From Octopus sinensis (lineage: Eukaryota): 64,000 nt of DNA. Under the pieces are notes generated by a model. The model was given only the letters and a program-made list of their open reading frames with translations, was not told the DNA's origin and ran no database searches. A program made the translations under genes and the position numbers. Positions 14,461 to 24,699 of the stretch are shown one piece after another; the stretch's first letter is position 1, and the number at the start of each line of letters is the position of its first letter. The stretch covers positions 38,874,001 through 38,938,000 of the forward strand of contig NC_043008.1 in NCBI RefSeq assembly GCF_006345805.1. Reading direction: 5' to 3'.

Positions 14461-14825
14461 TCTGGATGGAAGCACTCCGTCGGTTACGACGACGAGGGTT
14501 CCGGTTGATCCGATCAACGGAACAGCCTGCTCGTGAAATTAACGTGTAAGTGGCTGAGCACTCCACAGACACGTGTACCCTTAACGTAGTTCTCGGGGAT
14601 ATTCAGCGTGACACAGAGAGTGACAAGGAAGTAAGAGTGACAGGAAGTAAGAGTGAGAGAAAGTTGTGGTGAAAGAGTACAGCAGGGATCACCATCATCC
14701 CTGCCGGAGCCTCGTGGAGCTTTAGGTGTTTTCGCTCAATAAACACTCACAACGCCCGGTCTGGGAATCGAAACCGCGATCCTACGACCGCGAGTCCGCT
14801 GCCCTAACCACTGGGCCATTGCGCC
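14461..14825 (-). mobile_element. SINE family C (tRNA head GGCGCAATGGCCCAGTGGTTAGG; RTE-like 3' tail)
   Basis: A-box TGGCCCAGTGG and B-box GGTTTCGATTCC; 3' end CGTCGTCGTAACCGACGGAGTGCTTCCATCC. Confidence 0.9.
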
Positions 14826-16534
14826 TACACCGATGTTTATATCTATACACACACACATGCAAACACATGTACACACATACACACACACTCACAGACAAAC
14901 TTATAAACATAATATGTAAATATATAAATAGGTTCGGTGATACAAAGAATAAAAAAAGAACTCAGAGCATGGTTATATTAATATTTCGTAGAGTGACGAG
15001 TTTCATGCGTTGACACTTAACCAATTCTCTGCTCTTGATTGACTCTGTTGCTTCTGCTAAATATTTAAAAAAATATGAATATATAACTATATATACATGC
15101 ATATATGTATATTTTTAAAAGTATCTAGGGACTACAGTATATAATGTGTCCTCCTCTCTCGTAAAAACTATGATGTGGTTTGATGGCAATATGGTTGCTA
15201 TTTCTAGCGTTTCGAAGTACTGCACACAGACACCTTCGTTGTGACAATTGTAACGTTGTCTCGTCACTGGTTACGTATAATATCGAATTATATTTCTGCT
15301 GGTAATGTAGACAGTATTATGTATGTTGAGCAATTAAAGATATATTATTTAATTCCATAGTTAAGATAACGGTACATACCAGTCTTAAACGAATTGCAGC
15401 TGTATTTTATTTCCGTTTTGTTTGTTTATTTTGCTTGTGTGTGTACGCGTGCGCGCGGAAAGCGTAGACATGTCTTACTAGGATTATCTTAATTTGTTCA
15501 TTAAAGACATGCTCGTGTTGAAGTTCAAATAAGTTTTAATTATATTTTCCTTATCTATAATTTCAACCTTACTTTAGCTCTTATATTCGACATGAATTTT
15601 TGCTGCTGAATAAAATTCGTGCATATACACCAACGCCCCAAAATACTCTTATATACACAAAAGTATGCCTATATACGAATATACGTACGCCCGTACCATA
15701 TTGATATATATATATATATATATATATATTTAGATATTTAGATATATATATATATATTGTGTGTGTGTGTGTAAACATAGGTATATATGTATAAGGAGAG
15801 AATGAGAAAGGGGAGATGAATGAATACGTACATATCTATAATAAATTTACGTTTCTTTCCATATGAATAGTAGGTATTGTCATATGTGTGTGTGTTTGTG
15901 TGTATGTTATATACTATATATTACACTGTGTACCTCTATTTGTGTTCTTTCCTAATTGCTAACCCCAAGAAAGTATGAAAAATGGCTAATATTTGCTGCA
16001 AAGTTTGCTTTTGTTACATTAATTGAAAACCCAAAGAATCCCTCTCAACACATGGCTATGACACTCCGCCACAATTCCTGATCATGATCAGAGATGTACA
16101 TATTGTCAGCCACAAAGGGACACAGAATACTTGCTATAACAATAATTCTGCTTCAGCAACTAAGAGCTGAATCTGTGTGAAATGTAATAGAAAATAGGTC
16201 AGTTTCAAAACATTGATATCCTGGTCTCAAAAGCAAAGTTTGAAGGGAATAGAAGTGGTTTCCTTTGATTTCTAAATAGAAGCAAATTGGAAATGACGCT
16301 TTAACACCAAAGACGAAAAAAATTTGTTACAAAGTGTTATATATAGAGAGAGTTCCTTGCACCAATAGTTGGAGAGTTGCTGCTACTACTGCTAACCCAA
16401 ACGCTGAGTAGTTGAAATAAGATAACGAAATCGTTGTAACTAGACATTTCTTGGATTGCTTCCTTCAGAAGATGAGCCTTTGTGCCTGAAATATAAAGTT
16501 TTTGTAAAAGTATCTCCATTGTTAGAAGCGTCCT

Positions 16535-16740
16535 TTACTCTTTTACTTGTTTCAGTCATTTGACTAGTGCCATGCTGGAGCACCACCTTTAGTCGAGCAA
16601 ATAGACCCCAGGACTTTGTAAGCCTAGTACTTATTCTATTGGTCTCTTTTGCCAAACCGCTAAGTTACGGGGACGTAAACGCACCAGCATCAGTTGTCAA
16701 GCGATGTTAATGGGACAAACACAGGCACACAAATACATAC
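16535..16740 (-). mobile_element. SINE family A, 3' half; the mariner relic follows its central microsatellite
   Basis: Tail and body present; head not found. Confidence 0.88.
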
Positions 16741-16799
16741 GTGCACACACACACACGCACACACACACACATACACACACATATATATATATATAAAGT

Positions 16800-17424
16800 G
16801 CAACTTTAGCTTCGGGAAGTGCCGTGGAACTTCAAAACGCCGTTTTTTTTCTTTTTTCTTTTTTTTTGGGGGGGGGTGTCGTTCTAATCGTACGGCATCC
16901 ATTTCTCAAGTATTTTTGTTGTTCCAATCTCTTCAAGTGGTTGGAAATTGTCGTATACGTTACGTCTAATTTAGAAGCAATCTCTCGAACAGTTGTGCGT
17001 GGATTGGCTTCCACTAAGGCTCTTAGTAGATCGTTGTCAACATCCGATGGCCGGCCACTACGCTTATCATTTTCAAGACTCTCGTCACTCCTACGAAATT
17101 TCTTCAACCAACATTGTGCTGTACGTTTATTAGTGGTTCCTGTGCCAAACGCATCGTTGATATCGCGAGCTGTTTCAGCAGCTTTTCGGCCTAGCTTGAA
17201 CTGGAATAAGAAAATTATGCGAATTTGCTTTTTGTCCATGTTGTATTCAACGTTTCGGAAAAATGGCCTAATTATTCAAAAAGGAAAAAGTAACATGATT
17301 AGAATGAGAGAAAAACAAGCTTTAAAATGATAAATAAAGTCAAAGTAATCTAAAGAAAATTAATTTGAAAATACTTAATTTAAAACCAACATTTAAAATT
17401 CTACAAGAACTTTCTTGACAACCT
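16800..17424 (-). mobile_element. Mariner (Hsmar1/cecropia-like) 5' half: TIR plus N-terminal transposase, 3'-truncated
   Basis: ORF 16832-17239 MDKKQIRIIFLFQFKLGRKAAETARDINDAFG..SGRPSDVDND closely resembles the Hsmar1/SETMAR N-terminus as I recall it. A mariner-type TIR TA-TTAGGTTGTCAAGAAAGTT lies at ~17405-17426 (minus). The frame breaks near the WVPHEL region, with RRFEV in another frame. Confidence 0.92.
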
Positions 17425-17464
17425 AATATGTATGTGTGTGTGTGTGTGTGTATAAAAATACAAA

Positions 17465-17720
17465 ATGGGACAGGAACGCAAAACAATCAAATAGACGATA
17501 CAAAAATCACGGACGGGTCATTCGAAGCCTCTAATCTTCAGTCAAGAACCAGATCATCCTCGCAATTTCGGCTGATTAATCTTGAGATTGCTCCAATCTG
17601 GCCAGCCCCAAGGTAAAACTAAGCTACGAGCATTAATTTCTTGGCAAAAAGGATCGAATGTATACGAAACAAGGACAGAAAAACGGATGATGTTACACGA
17701 ATATAAATACAAAAAAACAA

Positions 17721-17722
<2 letters not shown>
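17465..17722. repeat. Unclassified microsatellite-flanked repeat (family E); partial tandem copies also at 11370-11604
   Basis: GGACGGGT.ATTCGAAGCCTCTAATCTTC.GTCAAGAACC.GATCATCCTCGCAATTTCGGCTGATTAAT is shared by 17465 and 11370; the segment up to CAAGAACC recurs at 11515. Confidence 0.8.
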
Positions 17723-17758
<36 letters not shown>

Positions 17759-18462
17759 GCATAATATAAATATATAATACAGGTATGTATATATGTATGT
17801 ATGATTTCTTTGAGTTGTAGTATTTAAGTTCTTAAAATAGTTCAAGTCGGTCGCTAGCAAAGTGACAAGACTTTTTGAATTAAGAGAGTTCCCGGTGTTT
17901 GTAAATTATATGGTAGAATTAGTGTGTTAGTTGTGCAGTCATTGAATTCATCCAAGTGTGTGCCTCTATTCACTGAAATAATCTCAGATAGAGAATATTT
18001 GGAATGTCTTACAAATCTTTCCTTTACCGTTTACAGACCGGATTTGGAAAATTCGTGTCAGTTTCTTTTGATGTCATACAATTTTATTTTAAGATTTCTT
18101 GCCAACAGAGAAAGAGCCGGTTTCTAACCTAGATCCAAAAAATTTCAACAACATCGACAGGGTATTTTTGCATGTATGTATATGCACAATATTTGGAGTC
18201 GGTGTATGTGCAGATTTGCATGCTTTTTTTAAAGTATGCATTCTCATGCATATACAGTAGTTGCGTATATATACCTAAATTATAAAATTCTGGTAAGTTT
18301 TACAGATTTTTACAGTTGACTAGAATTTTTAGTCTTCGAAAGAGCCTTTTCCTTTCTGGTATTGAAAAGCCTAAATTCTCAGGATTGGTACTTAGATAGT
18401 ATGTTACATATCCCAAGTACCCAATAAACCTGAACTTGTAAGCTGGGTAGAGTATTCTTTTA

Positions 18463-18651
18463 TACTCTTTTACTTGTCATGCGGTCATGCTGGAGCACCA
18501 CCTTTAGTCGAGCAAATCGACCCTAGGACTTATTCTTTGTAAGCCTAGTACTTATTCTATCGGTCACTTTTGCCGAGCCGCTAAGTTACGGGGACGTAAA
18601 CACACCAGCATCGGTTGCCAAGCGATGTTGGGGGCAAACACAGACACACAA

Positions 18652-18660
<9 letters not shown>
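18463..18660 (-). mobile_element. SINE family A, 3' half (partner of 20147-20306)
   Basis: Runs from the tail through gggcaaacacagacacacaaac into (CA)n(TA)n. Confidence 0.9.
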
Positions 18661-18715
<55 letters not shown>

Positions 18716-18721
<6 letters not shown>

Positions 18722-19459
18722 AATGTAGGATAAAATTTTTTCGAAAAAAATTTTATCAATTGCCAGCATATTAAAAAATACCTTTAAAGTTTAAATTATA
18801 AACAACTTATAAATAAGGGCAAACGAAAAAATTCCTAATGCCCAATATGCCGAAAATTGGACATAATGTCCATTTACCATATAATTTTTTTCAGTACGCA
18901 CGCTACTCGAAAAAGGTCGACAGAAATCTCTAAAACATTCCATTATTACCATATCGGACCGATTTCAGGTTAGTTAAAAAAGAACCCTCCCTTCGTCAGT
19001 GATACATGTGGCAAAGAAGTAAATGAGATACTTACTCATACCCATGGAAGAAGCAAACACTAAATCATGAGCACAACTAAGTACCCCAAATAAATCCAAA
19101 ATAGAAATACTCCAGCCCATTCAAGACACGTGCGATTTGAACTGAGGTACTCACAGAGTGAGAGAGTCCGGAAGATAACACTAAATTTATATCTAATATA
19201 GGATAAAATTTTTTCGAAAAAAAATTTTATCAATGGCCAGCATATTAAAAAATACCTTTAAAGGTTAAATTATAAACAACATATAAATAAGGGCAAACGA
19301 AAAAATTTCTAATGCCCAATATACCGAAAATTGGACAAAATGTCCATTTACCATATTTTTTTTTTCAGTACGCACGCTACTCGAAAAAGGTCGACATTAT
19401 GTCCAATTTTCGGCATATTTGGCATTAGAAATTTTTTCGTTTGCCCTTATTTATAAATT

Positions 19460-19466
<7 letters not shown>
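18716..19466. repeat. ~206-bp direct repeats (18716-18921 and 19189-19395) followed by an inverted partial copy (19396-19466)
   Basis: Shared TAGGATAAAATTTTTTCGAAAAAAA..CAGTACGCACGCTACTCGAAAAAGGTCGAC. The following 71 bp is the reverse complement of the unit interior. Confidence 0.95.
18950..19006 (-). ncRNA. Type I hammerhead-like motif, intact core, mismatch at the base of stem I
   Basis: TGTATCA-CTGACGA-AGG..CCT-GAAA-TCGG-TC-CGATATG. Near-palindromic helix III ATCGGT and a GUC triplet. Confidence 0.55.
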
Positions 19467-19504
<38 letters not shown>

Positions 19505-19651
19505 CAGCAAAATAATTAAGATTCAAATGAATTCCAATGAATTCAAATGAATATGGTACTTAACTTAGATGCACCAGAATTATTTATGGTATTAACCATA
19601 AAATAATGTGGGGTGATTATAATCAAGGAAAAATGCAACAAGAATGGATTA

Positions 19652-19746
19652 GTAGTTTAGTACAATTGTTTCGTACCAAGAACATTTTATTTAAAGCTGC
19701 AAATATTGCAGCAAATACAATGTCCAGTATTCATCAGCTAAATCAC
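19652..19746 (-). ncRNA. Mirror copy of the same hammerhead-like motif (left arm)
   Basis: Reverse complement of 19951-20045, differing by one base inside the stem II insert. Confidence 0.75.
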
Positions 19747-19950
19747 ATATATGTTTTCCAGACATCCTAGAGAATGTAACTATCCATTATGAAGTATCAA
19801 GAGTTCTATGAATTTGAAGCCAGATAATAAGCAGACTGTGCATTATTGGGAAGCATTTAAGTCTGCTTATTATCTGGCTTCAAATTCATAGAACTCTTGA
19901 TACTTCATAATGGATAGTTACATTCTCTAGGATGTCTGGAAAACATATAT

Positions 19951-20045
19951 GTGATTTAGCTGATGAATACTGGACATTGTATTTGCTGCAATATTTACAG
20001 CTTTAAATAAAATGTTCTTGGTACGAAACAATTGTACTAAACTAC
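19951..20045 (+). ncRNA. Type I hammerhead ribozyme-like motif with intact core (right arm of inverted repeat)
   Basis: TTTAG-CTGATGA-[long stem II]-GAAA-CAATTG-TA-CTAAA. Stem I is TTTAG/CTAAA, extendable with GTG/TAC. Helix III is the palindrome ACAATTGT. GUA site at 20034-20036. Confidence 0.75.
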
Positions 20046-20075
20046 TAATCCATTCTTGTTGCTTTTTTCCTTGAG

Positions 20076-20146
<71 letters not shown>

Positions 20147-20306
20147 TACGACAGGCTTCTATCAGTTTACGTCTACCAAATCCACTCACAAGGTTTTGGT
20201 CGGCCCAAGTCTATTGTAGAAGACACTTGCCCAAGATGCCACGCAGTGGGACTGAACCCGGAACCATGTGGTTCGTAAGCAAGCTGCTTACCACACAGCC
20301 ACTCCT
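20147..20306 (-). mobile_element. SINE family A, 5' half (head; partner of 18463-18660)
   Basis: atacgacaggcttct..gggactgaacccggaaccatgtgg..ccacacagccactcct, directly after (TA)n. Confidence 0.9.
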
Positions 20307-20705
20307 GGGTAACGTTACAGTCATCAAATTCTTCGAGAAATCTGCGATTTGTATGGATACAAAAAAAGTAATAACACGAAGAAATATAAAGTACTCAAAG
20401 ACCTAAAAGAACTCGATGACGATAAATACACTCTCGGAAGAAACAGAATAATATCTAACGTTTTGATTGTCATCTTTTATCAAAGAGAATAAAAAGTATT
20501 AAAAGAAGCAAGAGAAAAATAAACGATTCCGAATTTTAGAGGTCATTTTACATGACAGGATAAGGGTAGAATCCATACACACATAAAACCCATTCGTATG
20601 CATATAACTAGGGTGCGTAATTTAGAAACAGGTTCGTTTATACCGAACCAATTGTTTTAATTGGTATATTATTTTATTGTCATCGGAAGTATGTGACGTG
20701 ACACC

Positions 20706-21105
20706 TACTTACTCTTTTACTATTTTACTTGTTTCAGTCATTTGACTGCGGCCATGCTGGAGCACCGACTTTAATCGAGCAACTCGTCTCCGGGATTTAT
20801 TCTTTTGTAAGCCCAGTACTTATTCTATCGGTCTGTTTTGCCGAACCGCTAAGTTACGGGGATATAAACACACCAGCTTCTGTTGTCAAGCAATTCTAGG
20901 GGGACAAACACACACACACGCATATATATATATACATATATACGACGGGCTTCTTTCAGTTTCCGTCTACCAAATCCACTCACAAAGCTTTGGTCGGCCC
21001 GAGGCTATAGTAGAAGACACTTGCCCAAGATGCCACGCAGTGGGATTGAACCCGGAACCATGTGGTTGGTAAACAAGCTACTTACCACACGGCCACTCCT
21101 GCGCC
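20706..21105 (-). mobile_element. SINE family A, full-length
   Basis: Consensus match across both halves. Confidence 0.92.
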
Positions 21106-21900
21106 TATAGACTTGTGTATGATTTAAACACAGAATGTAATCGTCCATGTCGAAATACAAATGGATTTCTTCGATGCCATTCTGATTTTGCCATTTATAC
21201 AACCCATTTAATATATCCTCAAAACACCATTTTTTCCCATCATTTGGACTCATTATTTACAGACACATTGAAAAGCTAAAGAGTAAAATGACACCGGCGG
21301 GATTTGAACGCAGAATATTTATAAGTAAGTGTATGACTAAATAGTGCCAAGGGTACTTCATAACGTACAGCGCACTACAAATTCTTTCGTCCGCCGCTTT
21401 TGCCATGAAACAGCAATGATAGACGAATAGGCGGAAGTAGATCAGGGAATAACAAGCTAACGAAGGAAAAAGAGTGGGAAGAAAGAGGAGGAGGAGGAGG
21501 AGGAAGAAAGATACAACATATTTGTGAAAGAATAAAAATGAAAGAAAAACACTAGTAAAGAGGAAAGCGAACAAGGAAATACAAGAGCAAGCATGAAAAA
21601 GAAAACAAGACAATGTGTAAAAAGAAAAAGAAAAAGAATCAACAAAATATAATACAGGAAAACTTACGATAGCCGCGAGAAATACGATAATAAAAGCATC
21701 AAAGAATATATTTGTAGTCTTAGCTCAGCAGAAATTCCTCGGGGATTTTGTTACAATTTGGTTTTAATTGATCCGTCTGGCGCCAAACTCACCTCCTCAC
21801 CTATAATTTCTGACAAACTTCCTTATATTCTTCCATTTCGTCTTTAGTCCACCCATCCGTGATCATCCTGCGCAATAGAAAAGGAATTTCGCGTACAAAT

Positions 21901-21938
<38 letters not shown>

Positions 21939-22037
21939 TGTGTGTTTGCCTGTATGTATATGTGTGTGTGTATGTGTACACATACTGATGGATGTGTGGT
22001 GTACCTGCACTCTTATGTAGGAGTATATACATACATA

Positions 22038-22153
<116 letters not shown>

Positions 22154-22571
22154 TGTGTGTGTGCATGTATGTATGGATGGATGGATGGATGTATATCTAA
22201 ATTTGTTAAAAGAATTATGCAGCGTGTAGGTGTATCCGAGTTTGTTGGATACTCCACAGGGCATGCGCAGGCAGACAAACACACACGCACACATACACAC
22301 AATATGTACATACATTGAGATGTTTATATACAGAAAAGGCGTAAAAGTATTTGTACTAATATGTTTGTGTATAGATTCATACATACGTACACGCATGGTT
22401 ATATGTATGTGCGTGTGTGTGTGTGTGTGTGTGTGTGATTGTATTTATATCTATATGTATGTATAGACGTATATAATAACATATGTACGTATGTGTTTTT
22501 TGTGTATATATAAACATGCATAGGCATAAATATACTTATTGTCATATATATGAATAGTCACATATGTAATG

Positions 22572-22862
22572 GAAGGAACTGCCTAACGCAGATCATGCAT
22601 CACTTTGATTACATTTTGAGAGCTTTCGAAGAGGGCTCGAATACTGATGCCATCTACCTTGATTGCAGCAAGGCCTTTGACAGGGTGGATCATAAGATCT
22701 TCTTGAAATAACTATCCAACATTAGTGTGTCTGAGAAGTTACTACATTAGATCAAGTGTTTCCTGACAGACAGAACCCAACACGTTGCAGTCGAAAGAGT
22801 AAAATTAAGCCCAGCATAAGTTAGTAGTGGTGTTACACAAGGCACTGTATTGGCCCACATTT

Positions 22863-22866
<4 letters not shown>
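22572..22866 (+). mobile_element. CR1/L2-group LINE reverse-transcriptase fragment with in-frame stops
   Basis: Manual translation: NCLTQIMHHFD..DAIYLDCSKAFDRVDH..IKCFLTDRTQHVAV..VSSGVTQGTVL, matching the LDFSKAFD and SGVPQG motifs. Confidence 0.9.
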
Positions 22867-22899
<33 letters not shown>

Positions 22900-22903
<4 letters not shown>

Positions 22904-23035
22904 AGTTTACAAAAGCAAAAGACGAAGACAGGTGTATAAACAACAAACAGGTGTATTAGTTTAACGCTCGGGAAGGTGAGAAAGTCTTTTATGTTTCGAG
23001 CCTACGCTCTTCAACAGAAAGGAACACAAGAAAAT
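22900..23035 (-). mobile_element. Family D repeat (partial), hammerhead-like motif at 22986-23021
   Basis: Reverse complement CTTT-CTGTTGA-A-GAGCGTAGGCTC-GAAA-CAT-A-AAAG, between (TA)n runs. Confidence 0.75.
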
Positions 23036-23049
23036 ATATATATATACAT

Positions 23050-23091
<42 letters not shown>

Positions 23092-23114
23092 ACATACATA
23101 TATATATATATATT

Positions 23115-23150
<36 letters not shown>

Positions 23151-23189
23151 ACATGTATTTATACATGTATGTTTGTATTTATATATGTA

Positions 23190-24461
23190 CAGGGGGTGGA
23201 CAAAATAATGGCAACACCAAGCATCATTGCATCATAATTTTGAAATATCTATAAAACAGTCAAAAGCTTGTTGATTTTTATGTGCTTTGATTTATTATTA
23301 GTGTTGCTTTATATGTTTTACTAAAATTGCCGTTTCTTTTCACATATCATTAGAAAATAGAAAAAGGTAATTAAAATTCATTAAAATGACAGATCTATGG
23401 CACTTTCAATTAGTTCAAATTGTTGGTGTTCATTTGGCAGGGGCTAGCGTAGCGAAGACAGTCGAAATGTTTGGGATATCACGAAGTACTGTCTCGAAAG
23501 TAATGACAGCCTTTGAGAAAGAGGGAAAGGCCTCCTCATCGAAACAAAACTCCGGAAGAAAACCAAAACTTTCTGATAAGGACCGTCGAACTCTTACGCA
23601 AATTGCTAGAAAGGATCACAAAAGTACAGCTCCCAAAATTACTGCAGAGCTTAATGACTACCTCGACAACTCAGTTTCCACAAAAACTGTTCGCCGGGAG
23701 CTGCACAAAGCCGGATTTGACGGGCTGGTTGCAATCAGAAAACCACTATTATCAAAAACAAACGTTGCAAAGCGTTTAAAGGGGAGTAAAAACCTACAGA
23801 ATTGGTCCCTAGAGCAGTGGAAGAATATTATTCCTCGGATGAGTCAACCTTTATCTTATTTCCGACCACCGGCCGAGTATACGTGTGGAGACAGTCAAAA
23901 GTAGCATTTGACACAGACTGCCTTCTTCCAACTGTTAAACATGGAGGAGGATCTGTGATCTGGGGTCTATATCTTGGAAATCTGCCGGCCCAATGGTTTC
24001 CCTTCATGACAGAATTAATGGTCAAGACTAGGCATTTTATCTGATAAAATTCATTCTAGCGTTGCGGAATTGTTTCCGGAGGGAAACGCAATCTTTCAAG
24101 ATGATAATACACCAATTCACACAGCTAAAGTTGTTACTGAATGGCACGAGGAACATTCTCGTAAAGTTGAACATTTTATCTGGCCACCACAGTCCACAGA
24201 TCTCAATATTATTGAACATTTATGGTGCATTTTAAAAAAACAAGTAGGGAGTCGATATCCTCCACCATCGTTACTACAAAAACTGGAGACTGTTTTAGCT
24301 GATGAATGGACAAAATTCCTTTGGAAACAATTCAAACTTTGTACGAGTACATAGCTCATAGAATTCAAGCTGTAATTACTGCCAAAGACGGTCCTACCCC
24401 ATATTAAACTAAATCTATTTGAAATTTTAAGGTGTTTCTATTAGTTTGTCAAACCCCTCTG
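23190..24461 (+). mobile_element. Full-length Tc1-like (DD34E) DNA transposon, transposase frameshifted
   Basis: Imperfect TIRs CAGGGGGTGGACAAAATAATGGCAACACC (23190) and the reverse complement of GGTGTTTCTATTAGTTTGTCAAACCCCTCTG (ends 24461), each flanked by TA. ORFs 23386-23904, 23802-24044 and 24070-24354 give the HTH (ISRSTVSK..SGRKPKLS), SDES, VKHGGGSVIWG and FQDDNTPIHT..WPPQSTDLNIIEHLW motifs. Confidence 0.95.
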
Positions 24462-24699
24462 TATATATAATATATTAGGGATATAATTTTTAAATTTTTC
24501 CTCAAAAGCAATTTCCTGGATCGTATTTAGATGAGACTTTATGAAAGTTAACTCACGCTTGGTTTTCAATAGATAGATGGCATTTATAAGACTTCAGTGG
24601 TGATTAGATTCTATTACTGAGTCATCATGTTTAGTCATGAAGCAAATAATTAAGTTCTTCTTTCACTTTCACCGTTGTTGTTTCGGTTTCAGTGTGACT

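Larger units (their letters stand above)
19623..20074. repeat. Long inverted repeat: 214-bp arms (19623-19836 and 19861-20074), 24-bp spacer, 2 mismatches
   Basis: Base-by-base comparison; ...ATAATAAGCAGAC|TGTGCATTATTGGGAAGCATTTAA|GTCTGCTTATTAT... Confidence 0.97.

Noticed and set aside
14461-14825. tRNA-like heads as true tRNA genes
   Set aside because: They keep A/B boxes but lack a full cloverleaf and continue into SINE bodies; no real tRNA, rRNA or CRISPR array was seen in the window.
17530-17600. CTGAAGA and GCCGAAA in family E (minus strand)
   Set aside because: No stem II pairing between core elements.
21111-21253. MSPNDGKKWCFEDILNGLYKWQNQNG.. ORF
   Set aside because: It runs into a SINE head and has no homology I can recognise.
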